DNA of 64,000 nt, taken from positions 151,714,001 to 151,778,000 of the forward strand of contig NC_042997.1 in NCBI RefSeq assembly GCF_006345805.1, read 5' to 3'. The notes under the pieces are model-generated. The model was not told the DNA's origin. It saw nothing but the letters and a program-made list of their open reading frames with translations, and made no database searches. Below are positions 23,435-36,149 of the stretch, in pieces. The stretch's first letter is position 1. Each line of letters starts with the position of its first letter. A program made the position numbers and the translations under genes. The DNA is from Octopus sinensis. Lineage: Eukaryota.

Positions 23435-24537
23435 AATATTTACGCCGCTCATTAGAATTTGTTTTTAGTGATAACTTTCCATTCGGAGAAAAACAATTTC
23501 CCAACGTTTCAATTATGATGTTATGTATAATTTTTTGTTTTTTGTTGTTGCATCTAGACACCGATCAGTATTAATAGATAAAACGGATTGTCAAATAAAA
23601 CACTAGTCTTAATCTTCTCATCATTTATTCTGACATTATATCTGATATGATATGGTTTTCATCATCAGGAAATTTGTCTTGTGCTTTTATTAAACAGAAA
23701 TGTAAAATTTGTGCTGAGATTCGACTGGCATTTCAAGCAGGTCGAATGCCTACTTCCATGATGTTAGCTTACAAACAATTAAACATATACATACACAAAC
23801 GCATACTCACATATATACGCATGTGCTTGAACATTTAAAACGCATACACCGATACGAAAGATAATAACTGTATTCTTGCACTACTGCCCAAGGATAATAA
23901 CATGTGAAGCGATCACATTCGATTGCTGGCATATTAGTTTCACTATTCTATTATCTATGTTATTTTAACCAATCAAATATTTTTACCAATAAAAGAGAAA
24001 ACCGTGAACCGTTTTTCAGGTTCTGTTTGTTAACATTAAAGAATATATGCCGTTGAATATACATTTGCATTGATGTAGCTATATATGTTTGCATGCATGT
24101 ATACATGAATATATGGCTTTGTGTGCCTGTGCCTGTGTGTCTGTGTGTGGTCTGCATCTGTGCGGCTGTGTGAGTGATTGTATGCACAGGTATGCAGGTA
24201 AAATATTTGCAAGTATTTGTATATTCTCTTGAAATTGATGTTTGCATAGCTGCATGTGTACATAAATGTTCTATGCAAATATGTACGTATGTATGAATGT
24301 ATGTATATGTATGTGTGTATGTATGTATGTATACATGTGTATGTTTATCTGTGAATTTGTATGTAGGTGTGTGTGTGTGTGTCTTTATGTCTGTGTCTAA
24401 GTAGGTACATAAATTGTAAAAAACGTATTTTCTCATTTTCAAAAGATTTAGAATTCATTTTGAGAATACTCGCCAGTAACATTACAGAGAAAGGAGGGAC
24501 TGACAGACACACTCACATATACATATCACACACGTAC

Positions 24538-24577
<40 letters not shown>

Positions 24578-25512
24578 AAACATATATATATATAAGAAAC
24601 AGAAAATGTTTCTAAATATATGTGTTTTATATATATATATATATACATATACACGTGTATATGTCATTAGAATCTTTATCATAACAATACTGAGAATATC
24701 TTTTAAAATTATTTTTCTATAATCCGTTTTCAGCGGATTCATTGCTGTACAGCATGTACCAAGTTCATAACAGAAGTGACATGCGATAATGGTAACTGTC
24801 TGCATTCTAATGATTTTGTCTCGTAAAGTAATTGAGGGCAGATATATAAGAAACCTGTTACTTTATTGGTTCTACATAAGAATGTTGCTACTTATATTTT
24901 CATATATTTTTGTTCCGTTTTAATGCAAATTTTATACATCATACTTTGCACTATCATGCACACTCTGATATCTATAAATTCCCACAACTACAATTCAATC
25001 ACAACACGCGCATAAAAATTCATACACATACATATATATATACACACACACGTACAAATACAAATAAACAAACACTTGCGTGTATGGTGTGCATGTATGT
25101 ATCTTAATGTAACTTTGCGTGTGCGAGTGCATATGAGTGTATGTGTGTGTGTATGTATGTGTGTTTCTGTGTGTGCGTATGTTCTGTGTGTAAAGGTCTT
25201 GTACATATAATTCTAATCAGTCTGGGTACATGTTTACATTTCATACATTTGTCTGAGTGAGTGTATTTGTCTTTGCTGCTGGAATTTTAGAAACATTCAA
25301 CAAAGCAATCACCACGACCACCACCACGACCACCACGACGACGACGACGACGACGACGACTACCACCACCACCACCACCACCGCTACCATCACCCCCACT
25401 ATAAAAACAACAATTTTTAAAATATTAATATTAAGAATATTAATAACACATTCATCTATACATACTTATACACACACACACAAAATATATATATGTATGT
25501 ATATATATATAC

Positions 25513-25562
<50 letters not shown>

Positions 25563-25714
25563 TATAAATATAGATACATATATACATATATATACATATG
25601 CACATACTTTTGCGTATTATTATGTATGTATTGCATTTATGTTCGCTGTTTGTTTGTGTGACGTGTGTGTATGTGTGTACGTGTTTCTGTGTGCGAGTTT
25701 CTGTTGCGTCTGTT

Positions 25715-25757
<43 letters not shown>

Positions 25758-26333
25758 AACATACTTGCATAAAGAAAATCACAAATGCATCTTTACGTAT
25801 ATGAATGCGTATTCTATTATGCCTATACGCCGATACAAACAAATAATTTGGCACTTTAAATTCTAAGAGTAAAAACAAAACAAAAATAAATAACACTTCA
25901 ATAGCTTTCCGAACAAATAACTATTGCAGTAAGCATCATTAGAATTTTCGTTTGTACTCCAAACAAACATTCTATGTTTAGACAGCAAATAATACCGCCA
26001 TGGAAATCAGCCAAATCAGTACAAACACCATTTTGTTCATTTAAATACTATTTCAATGAAAAATATATTTGGATAATGCTTCATCGAACATTCAGCTCGG
26101 TAATGAGTCCCAAATTATAGTTTCAAGACTGCTATGCTTCAATTGCTTACAATATTTATTTTAGATTCAATGATTAAAGAAATTAAATACTTATTAAATA
26201 CTCTCAAATAATAGGAATAATCATGTAACACTGATGATATTTACGAACTATTTCTGTAAAAATTATTGCACCGAGACCGAGAGAGCGTTTCTTTATTGAT
26301 GGCTTCACGTCCATAAAATATTCTCTGATATAT

Positions 26334-26388
<55 letters not shown>

Positions 26389-26452
26389 TATATATATAAG
26401 TGTGGGTGTGTGTGTGTATAAGTATATGTATATGTAAATATATATATATATA

Positions 26453-26497
<45 letters not shown>

Positions 26498-26502
26498 TAT
26501 AC

Positions 26503-26555
<53 letters not shown>

Positions 26556-26658
26556 TATACATATATATATATATATATAAATATATGTATATACAAACAT
26601 ATATGTATATATGTATACATGTATATATGTATACATGTATACACATATATATATACAT

Positions 26659-26730
<72 letters not shown>

Positions 26731-27039
26731 ATATTATACATTAATCGCTTGAAGAAATTCCGGAAATATAAAACCTGTAACGACTAGACTCATAATTTTT
26801 AACACTTCAAAAATTACGCTGAGAATAAAGACGATTTCAAAGAAAATTTTAAATAATATTTAAGGATCATTTAAAACAATTACATTTATATTGTTTGTGC
26901 TGGATTATTGACAATTGAATTAAATCACATACAAACTCATACTCACGTCTACACACAAATACACAGAAACCCTTACATATATGCAATCTTTTTAACATCA
27001 AACATATTTATGTATATGATGTAAAAAAATTGTAATTTT

Positions 27040-27385
27040 AGTGGCTGTGTGGTAAGAAGCTTGCCGTACGCATGGTCACGGGTTCAGTCCACTGTGTGGC
27101 AAGTAATTTCTGCTCTATATACATGATTGTGTGTGCGTATGTGTGTGTGTGTTTGTATGTGTGATCAAAACTTTGTGTCAGTGTTTGGCCCCCTTAACAA
27201 CTTGACTAACGGCCTTAGTGTATTTACGTCTCCGTAACCTAGCGATGCAACCAAATAGACCGATAGAATTAGAACTAGGTTTTAAATATAAGTCCTGAAG
27301 TCGATTTGTTCGACGAAAACACTTCAAAGCGGTGCTCCAGCATGGCTGCAGTCAAATGACTGAAATAACTAAAGAAATAAAAGAA
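27040..27385 (+). mobile_element. SINE family B copy (internally deleted)
   Basis: AGTGGCTGTGTGGTAAGAAGCTTG head; GGCGGTGCTCCAGCATGGC-like ...GTCAAATGACTGAAA..AAAGA tail. Confidence 0.85.
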
Positions 27386-27392
27386 GATATAT

Positions 27393-27590
27393 GGAGGCGC
27401 ATGGCTTAGTGGTTAGGGTGTTGCAATCTCGATTGCGAGATCGTGGATTCGATTCCCAGACCGGGCGTTGTGTTGTGTTCTTGAGCAAAGCACTTCATTT
27501 CACGTTCCTCTGCGAAAATTTCGTCATCTGACATATGGCACATGGCGCAACTGTACTGACATTGTCGATTTGATAGGGGGAGTGAGCTTA
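27393..27590 (+). mobile_element. SINE family C copy
   Basis: GGAGGCGCATGGCTTAGTGGTTAGGGTG (A box), GGATTCGATTCCC (B box), GTGTTCTTGAGCAAAGCACTTCATTTCACG. Confidence 0.85.
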
Positions 27591-27613
27591 AAACTAAATA
27601 ATTGCAAGCATAC

Positions 27614-27890
27614 ATACATCACTGAGACTGAAAATCTTTAAAACTTTCCAAAAGTATATCATTTAAGTATATATGATCATGTCTAGATGTGCAACTATAT
27701 GGAAGAGAGTATCTACATAAAGCAAAGCGTACAAATCTGTACGCATACATACATGCATGCAGAAATACCCTGTTGATGTTGAAATTCCAATGAAGGACTC
27801 TTGGAGCTAGGTTAGGTTAGACCGGTTCTTTCTCTACTGACAAGAAATATTGAAATAAAACTGAATAATGGCAAGCATACATGCATAGGT
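27614..27890 (+). mobile_element. Severely 5'-truncated copy (last codons plus 3' UTR) of the R4/Dong-like LINE
   Basis: Matches 28643-28775 plus 29810-29930 (AAAACTTTCCA.AAGT...AAATACCCTGTTG...GTTGAAATTCC...CAAGAAAT.TTGAAATAAAACT). Confidence 0.85.
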
Positions 27891-28791
27891 ACACACATAC
27901 ATAATAGATATGCATACATATACATACATACATGCATACATATATACATATACCCAAAAAAGCATACATACATAAATACATACACACATACATACATACA
28001 TGCGTACGTACGTACATACATACATGCATATATAACATACATACATACATGTGCCTGATGAACAAAATGGATAGATATGAAAGAAAAGCAGTAAAATGTG
28101 ACAACCGATGCAGACTTTGTGGATTTAACAGTGAAGATATCACCCACATCATAAGCAATTGTCTGAAAATGTCATTGCGATATTATTTACCGATGAGACA
28201 TGATGTCGTAGCTAAGATACTCTGAAATGAAAATCGTTGGAAGGATGACCCCAAGGACAGAGAAGTAAGAACCCAGAGTACGGTAGAAGCCATAGTCACT
28301 CATAATAAAAAGGAGTACTGGTGGAATGTACCATTGAAGACCTCAATAATATGTAAGCACAATAGACCTGATTTGGGATATAGAAGAGAAAATGTGTACA
28401 GTTGTAGAAATTAGCTACCCAGCTGATGTTAACATAAAGCTGAAGGTCTGTGAAAAAGGGAACACCTATGCTGTACTATTGAGATATCTGCAGTTACTCT
28501 ATCCAGATTACAAGTTCACGTTTATACCTGTAATTATTGGGGTCGTGGGATATGTAGAACACTGCCTAAATACCACTCTTGAGAAATTAGGCTTCTCAAA
28601 ACTAGAAAGGAGAAAGCTAATTCGAAGACTACAGATCCAATCCATTACGGGATCTGTAAAAATCTGTAAAACTTTCCAGAAGTTTAGCATTTAAATATAT
28701 ATGAGCATGTCTAGATATGCGACTATATGCATGAGAATACATACATAAAGCAAAACATACAAATTTGCGCATATACATATATATATATATA

Positions 28792-29794
28792 TCAGGTCAT
28801 CCCATAAGTTCTGTCCAATTTTCCTTTTTATAAAATTGAATGAAATTTAATTGTATTTTAGAATGTCTAATGGAATTAAAAATTATTTTTATGCATTTGT
28901 GTACATTTAAGCTAATTAAATATCATTTTACAGAATAATAGAATTAATTTTTTTTTTATTAAAACCCTTTCTAACATGGAAGTATCCAAAGAGCATTTGA
29001 GGCACAGAATGCTTTATGAGTACAAAAAAAGAAATTCTGCAGCCGAAGTGACTCGAAACATACACTCCATTTATGTGAAAGATTGCTTCAATGAAAGAAC
29101 TTGCAGAAGATGGTTTCGCCTTTTTTTGGATAGACTTGTGACTAGTGACGAAAAATGGATCTTCTATCGAAATGTTAAACGTCGTAAACAGTTCCTTGGT
29201 AAGAGTGAAAAAGCTCAACCACAACCGAGAAGGAAACTTCATGGGGGAAAAGTTTCTTCTCTCTATCTAGTGGGATTGCAAAGGAGTAATTCACTTTGAA
29301 TTGTTACCACCTAATGCAACAATCAATGCTCAAGTCTACTGTCAGCAATTAGAACGTTTGAACTAAGCTTTGAAGAAAAAATGACCCGCTTTAGTGAATC
29401 GAAAAGGAGTGATGATTCATCAGGACAATGCGCGACCTCACACTGCAAAGATTGCATCACAGAAGATCGAAGAGCTTGGTTGAGAAAAAATTCCTCATCC
29501 ACTTTATTCTCCCAACCTTGCTCCTTCAGACTATCATTTGTTTCGTAGTTTACAGAATCATTTGGGAGACATAACTTTCGCAAGTCAGAAGGAGGTCGAA
29601 ACTGACATTTCAGAGTTCTTCGCTTTGAAACCAAAAGACTTTTACATTGATGGGATTAAAAAGCTTGTAAATTGATGGAAGGGAGTTATAGATAGTCAGG
29701 GAAAGTACGTTGATGATTAAATTTCAATTAAATATAACATTTGATCACTTGTTTTGTTTATTCAAAATTCGGATAAAACTATTTGATGACCTGG
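28792..29794 (+). mobile_element. Mariner element (DD34D), internally deleted, 1003 bp
   Basis: TA flanks at 28790-28791 and 29795-29796. Imperfect TIRs TCAGGTCATCCCATAAGTTCTGTCC / GGATAAAACTATTTGATGACCTGG. Confidence 0.93.
28976..29720 (+). pseudogene. Mariner transposase with an internal deletion, frameshift and stops
   Basis: MEVSKEHLRHRMLYEY...CRRWF is fused directly to FLDRLVTSDEKWIFY (middle deleted); then WDCKGVIHFELLP...HQDNARPHTA...HPLYSPNLAPSDYHLFRSLQN...GKYVDD*. 34 residues between the second and third D. Confidence 0.93.
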
Positions 29795-30763
29795 TACATA
29801 CGAACAAACAAAAATACCCTGTTGTTGATGTTGAAATTCCGATCAAGGAACCTTGGATCTAGGTTAGAAACCGACTCTTTCTCTATTGGCAAGAAATCTT
29901 GAAATAAAACTAAACAATGGTATACATATACATAGCGGCACATGCTTATGTATACAAAGCGTAATTATATTTGTATTTTGGTGTGAGTGTATTTGATGTA
30001 AAAATTAAACTTTTGTCATATGTATATGCGCGTTCGTATCTACAGATAAACAGATATTTTGTTATTTTTGTTTTTTTAACACTACATTTTAATGCACTGA
30101 AAAATACTCCTCAGTGACTTTAGGTTCAAGAAATACATTTTGTTACAGGCTTTCGGGCTAGAACTTTGATCTCAGAATAAATATTTTCTTTCTACCAGTC
30201 TCGACAGTTTTGTTCTCTGAAATCGGCGCACGTCGCCCTTTTTCTTTTGACAGAACCGTACACAGTTATGAAAATTTTTAGGTTTTTCTTTTTTCTATAC
30301 TGAAGTCTATATAGATGTCTATATAAAACGTTAATGCGTTAATGCAAACATAACTTTGAATATATCAGCTGCTATTATTCCAGTACTTTTCGAACTTATT
30401 ATTAATAGTATTTGAATGATTAACAGACGCATTACTATCAGACGCATTACGAGGATTTAATATCGTGTATATTAATGTTTAAAATGATTTTTATATTAAT
30501 GAGTACTTACGTAACATAAACATAGAATTGTGAACCAAACGGTATCTTAGAGCTGAAAATAGAAAAGTTTGAATCAACTTCGCTATCATTATGTCGCTAA
30601 AGCTATTATCAATCTCAGTCTATTTTTCCAATGAATATTATATTTAGGTATAATTTGTATGTTTCACATTCGTTGCGTGCTTTTTTCATTTACGTTTTAG
30701 ACATAAAAATATAGATGAACCCTTACACAAACAGTCACACGCACTTGCACACGCATAAGACAT

Positions 30764-30831
<68 letters not shown>

Positions 30832-30957
30832 TATATATGTCTATTTATCAATCTATATATATGTGCACACACGTACACGCATATATCTATCTATCTATCT
30901 ATATATATTTTTTTCTTGTTTCAGCTCAGAGCTGCGGCCATGCTGATGCACCGCCGT

Positions 30958-30990
<33 letters not shown>

Positions 30991-30991
30991 G

Positions 30992-31038
<47 letters not shown>

Positions 31039-31039
31039 G

Positions 31040-31160
<121 letters not shown>

Positions 31161-34100
31161 ACGTATGTGTGTGTCAATACAAATAGAGAGAATTATTTAG
31201 AGAATCAAATAGAACTAATAGTAAGCAATTCGCAGGGAATCAGACAGCACGATACTTAATCTTTGGAGGCAAATTTGACATTAACACGCTCGTGAAAAAT
31301 CCGGGAATTACTATTGTGGTGTGTATAGTGTTCATTATTTAAAATCCAGGAGAAAGGACAGGTAAAATATATTTATTCCGTATGCTTTCAGCTGTTTCAT
31401 ACTCTATATTCAGTTATATCACTGGTGCCAAAATTAAGTAGCAAAACCAATGATATAAGGTTCCCAAACTCCTTAAATTTATATATGCATACATGTATAT
31501 GCACACACACAGAGACACACGCACACATACAGACACATGCATAGAAACAAAGAGATTCACTGAATAGAACAATTCGTTAGAAAATTTTTATGGGCATACA
31601 TACATTTCGTGTGTGTGTGTGTGTGTGTGTTTATGTGTGTGTGAGAGAGAAAGAGAAAGTGAGAGTGTGTGTATGTATGCGCGTGTGTTTCAAATTACAC
31701 GTTTTTTCTCGTCAAAGTAGTTCACTTCCTTCATAGTAACTGCTGTAACAGACCTTAGATTCGTCAAGCTTTTGCCTATGAGTTTTCGTCGTGTTTTCTA
31801 TCCAGATCATATAATCATTTCTTTCGAGGAATATGTAAGCTGTGTGCCATTGGTTTGAATGATGTACTTTGGTGGTGCTTAATGAAACATGATTTACCAT
31901 CACTACAGCAACCGCCTCCTTGTGCACCCTTTGATGTCACCAACATTTGCGGTTGGCGGTTGACGACCTGTTGTCGCCTTTGCAGAGTTGTTGAAGGGAT
32001 TATTTTTTAGTCCACAAGAGAAAAGGAATGTGCTCCACTCTTGACTCGTGCGAGAACGTACGTCGTACATGATAAAGGTATCAGAGACTCACAGATCAGA
32101 AATCTTATGCGAAGCATACCAAGTCGTCAGAGAACCGATCGATTTCCGCTACTGATATATTGATTCTTAAATTAAGCTCGTGCTTTCTCTACACAATCAC
32201 GCGAAAAAAAAAAAAAGAAACACATAAGTCTTTCGAACTCAGTCCACTTTGCAAACATCTCACGAGTTTAATTCTGAAACATTCTTGTAGGGATAAATTG
32301 CTTGTGTGCATGTATGAACGAGACAAATCAGAATAGAGAATTAAGAATATATAAACATGTAGTGTACGAAATATTTGTCCACCATTTCAGGATGTTATGG
32401 AAGTTAGCGAAAGGTCCAGTACTCTTGGATAACTGAGCAGGAAATTTTTTGGTGATATCTAGTTTGTAAAGTGATTGAAAAATTATTTCTCCTATGCACA
32501 AATCTATACGAAATCCATCAACACTAAATTATTTATGAAACGTAAATAGTGGGAATATATAACTGGTTTTTAGACCAGACCAGCAAGAGACAACAGCCAA
32601 AATTTCCTTTAATTCACACTCTTTCGTCTTGGCAAAGAAAGAACATATTGAATAGTGTATGGGTTACTAGACATACTTCTGAAAAATGTGGGATGGTTAT
32701 GGTAGGCATGCCATTAATCATATATCAATTTAGTTAGAGCTGACGTAGTGGTAAACAATAACAAATTCGATGTCTTGTGCTTTACTTGGTCATATATTGA
32801 TAACTAAATAATCAATAAATTAAACCAGTTAAACAATAAAGCAGAAATTAATCTTTATTTAGTCTGTTAAAACAACTATATTTTTTCATCGTTTTTTTTT
32901 TTGACAAATTAAATTTATTATACTAGAAATAAATTGTAGTTGCCTTTTATGCTGTTAAGGTCAGTCTAACCTCCACAGTCTTCTCATATGCCATACTACA
33001 TCGTACATGTGTAGGTGTAAGCATTGTTGATCTTATTGCACATGTAGTTTTCTAGAAATATGAGAAAGTAAAGAAAAATTAAATAAAAATCTATACATTG
33101 TAACATTTATGAAGGTATTTGCCTGCGGTATATTATTAAAATTCAAGCCATGTTTTATTCTTTTTATGAGCGAGAGAGTGGGGAATATTTAAAACACAAA
33201 ATCAAATAAGCAGCAATAAATGCAATGTAAAGCATTAGTTTTGTGTTTGAACATACAACAAGTTTTTGGTTCAGAGAGCTACAAAAATAATTGCCTCTTT
33301 GATGGATTCAAACGTCATGGAATCAAGGAAAACCACGTGCTCGCGACTCGGATAATGGAAGTTTTGTTTAATCCACCATGCATCACTTGTAGAATTTTGA
33401 TTAAATTTTCCACGCAAAAGGATAACAATTTTTTAAAGACATAAACAAGTTATGTGAAAGCTAAGTATTTGGTTCACTGCACTAGCTACCTGCTGGAACA
33501 ACCTTGGACCACAAAAACGCCTTGAGGCAGCTACACGATGTGCTAGTAATAGCAGCCAATTTTATTTCAAACCTCACTCTTGAAAGGAGATGAACATATG
33601 AAGTAACGTGGTCGGGGATGCACACTGCTTGAAAGAAAGACTGGATGATTATGGCTTGAACATATTTGATCATGTGACTACATGATTTCCGTTTACGACC
33701 CCAACGCAGTGCAATTATCATGGCAGTTTTAAATTTGCGGGTTCGAATTTCCTCTCTTTATAATTCGGAGTATGAGTATATGGAGATAGAAATTGAGATA
33801 TTTGTAAGAATTTGGTTGTAAATACTGATAGAAAAATAGATATAACGCTATGCTGTATCTCATATTAGATCGACATCCTGTGCATGTAATAATACGATAA
33901 TGATTAAATGTATTGATATTACTAATTATCGTAAATGAAAGGTCATAAATATATTTACAAAAGCATTCTATCTTATTAGAATGTAATTCCACTGTATTTT
34001 AACTTTTGATATTAAATGTAAAAAATACATGGAATAGAAATTGGATATTCCTATATGGCATTAGTGTTTCTTTTTCTTATAACGGAGAAAAAACACGGTG

Positions 34101-34829
34101 CCTTTTCTTTCATCTTTTTTTCTTATAATGGACTGAAATGTATGTTGTGTATAAGCCTTCTGCATTTAAAGTAATTAGAATAATTAGTAGAGTAAAAGCT
34201 CATACTAAAATTCATTAAGAATCTAAAGGGAAATAGATTTTAGAAACAAAGATTCGTTAAACGCCAAGTTGTCTTCAGTTACACGACCTTTTTGAGCAGC
34301 CAATCACATTTAATTTACAACAGAAAGAACAAAAGTATCGACCATACCATTAAGTTCAAAACAAAAGCCGAGACTCACGAGCAAGAAATTAGCGTATTAA
34401 TATATTTGATGAAGATTTCTGACCAAAGATCTACCAATCAACCTTATAATTAATTATTTCTAATAATGATCTTCTTTGTGTTAATACAGCACAGAGTCAA
34501 TATAAAATGTCAAGCAACAATGTAGTGCGAAAACGTTCTGACACGCACTTTGAGATTCGATAGCTTTATACTTTTCCGGAGTGGCAATTTTGTTGAGTAG
34601 ATAAGGTGATGTGGATTATGTTGTTGATTAGCCCCGTGTCATTTATGATTAAGCAAATTTATGAATAGATGCCTTCCAGGTTTAACCATCGCCGATTTGT
34701 GTGTCTAATGCATCCGATGCATCTTTCTTTATCGTCTATGATAGTGAGGAGAGATTTGAGAGATTAACGGCAGTGAACCAGCCGACGTTGACTTAAGCAT
34801 TATCAGCAAAATCAAACTCTGTCATACCA

Positions 34830-35085
34830 CTTCTGACATAATGCTTGGTACTCCAGACATTTTTGCAGCAGTAAATAAAAATAACATTGCTCTGTAGTAG
34901 ACCTTGATAAATTCTCTGCTGGTGTTGTGAAAGAATGCCGAATCTAAATTGAATTTCCTCTAGCGAATATCTGGAGTAATTCGATAAACAAAGGATATAT
35001 CAAATCATTTTCTATCCCAATCGTTCGTCCCAGTTTTTAAAGAAGGCATAATTTCACGCGAAGTCAACTATCACCCAATTCCAGC
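34830..35085 (+). mobile_element. Decayed CR1/L2-like LINE reverse transcriptase N-terminal fragment
   Basis: DKFSAGVVKECRI*IEFPLANIWSNSINKGYI...FVPVFKEGIISREVNYHPI resembles DGxxxxLLKEC...PLxxLWxxSxxxG...VPVFKxG....NYRPISL. Confidence 0.55.
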
Positions 35086-35264
35086 CTTCATATAATGAAA
35101 TTATTCAAAAAGCTGGTGAGTTCAAGAATAACTAACTTTCTAGAAAGCTTATCTCGTAAACTCATTGAAGTATTGCCTACTAAAAATATGTCTTGCCTCA
35201 CATTGATGACGTGCTAACATTTTAATAACATGTCCAGACACAAATGTATATCTCGACTTCGAGT

Positions 35265-35619
35265 GGAGGCGCAATAGCCCAGTGGTTAGGGCAGCGGACT
35301 CGCGGTCGTAGGATCGCGGTTTCGATTCCCAGACTGGGCGTTGCGAGGGTTTATTGAGCGAAATATACCTAAGTTCCACGAGGCTCCGGCAGGGGATGAT
35401 GGTGAACCCTGCTGTACTCTTTCACCACAAATTTCTCTCTTGTCACAAATTTCTCTCTTGTCAGCCTTGTCACACTGAATCTCCCCGAGAACTACGTTAA
35501 GGATACACGTGTCTGTGGTGTACTCAGCCATTTGCACGTTAATTTCACGCGCAAGCTGTTCAGTTGATCTGATCAACCGGAACCCTCGTCGTCGTAAGCG
35601 ACTGAGTGCCAACCGACCA
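35265..35619 (+). mobile_element. tRNA-derived SINE, family D (~355 bp), with TSD
   Basis: GGAGGCGCAATAGCCCAGTGG (A box), GGTTTCGATTCCC (B box). TSD TCTCGACTTC(G)AGT at 35251-35264 and 35621-35633. Internal 18-bp tandem duplication CAAATTTCTCTCTTGTCA. Confidence 0.85.
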
Positions 35620-36149
35620 ATCTCGACTTCAGTAAATCTTTCCTTAAAGTCTTTTCTTATACGTTCGACACAGGAGTTAGTGGAAAGCAATGATTTAAGT
35701 TATCTTGGCAAGTAGTTTCTAATATGTTGCGAAATATGGAATCCACTCAAACCAAGCAAAGCAAATATCGTCATTGTGTCCTTCAAGGTCTTTGTTGAAT
35801 CCACTACTCTTCATAATGTACTTAAACGCAGCAGACAAAAATTTGTGGGTGAGTCTAAGTGTCAAAATTATGTCAACAGAGATAATGGAATATACTCAGA
35901 TCAAAATTGCATGCTGCAAGCGACTGGAAAGTTATGCTGTGGGTTGATAAATTTCAATTCATATATTTTTAGAAAGATTAGCTTAAGCGCACATATCTTA
36001 TTCCTCTGGAGAAGCTCTCCTGATATATAATAATATCAGATGCCTAGAAGTAATTTTTTATGGTAATCTTTGTTAGAGCATCCAAATCCTCACCAATGTG
36101 TCTGGAAAGATGCCCTCTTATATCCTCAGGCATTTCCAGTCCACGGAGC

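Larger units (their letters stand above)
28030..29940 (+). mobile_element. 5'-truncated RLE-type LINE (R4/Dong-like), with a mariner inserted in its 3' UTR
   Basis: CRLCGFNSEDITHIISNC (CCHC knuckle), RHDVVAKIL*, WWNVPLKT...HNRPDL, CTVVEISYPADVNI..K..KGNTY, IPVIIGVVGYV...QSITGSVKICKTFQKFSI* (stop at 28694). The 3' UTR resumes after 29796. Confidence 0.85.
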
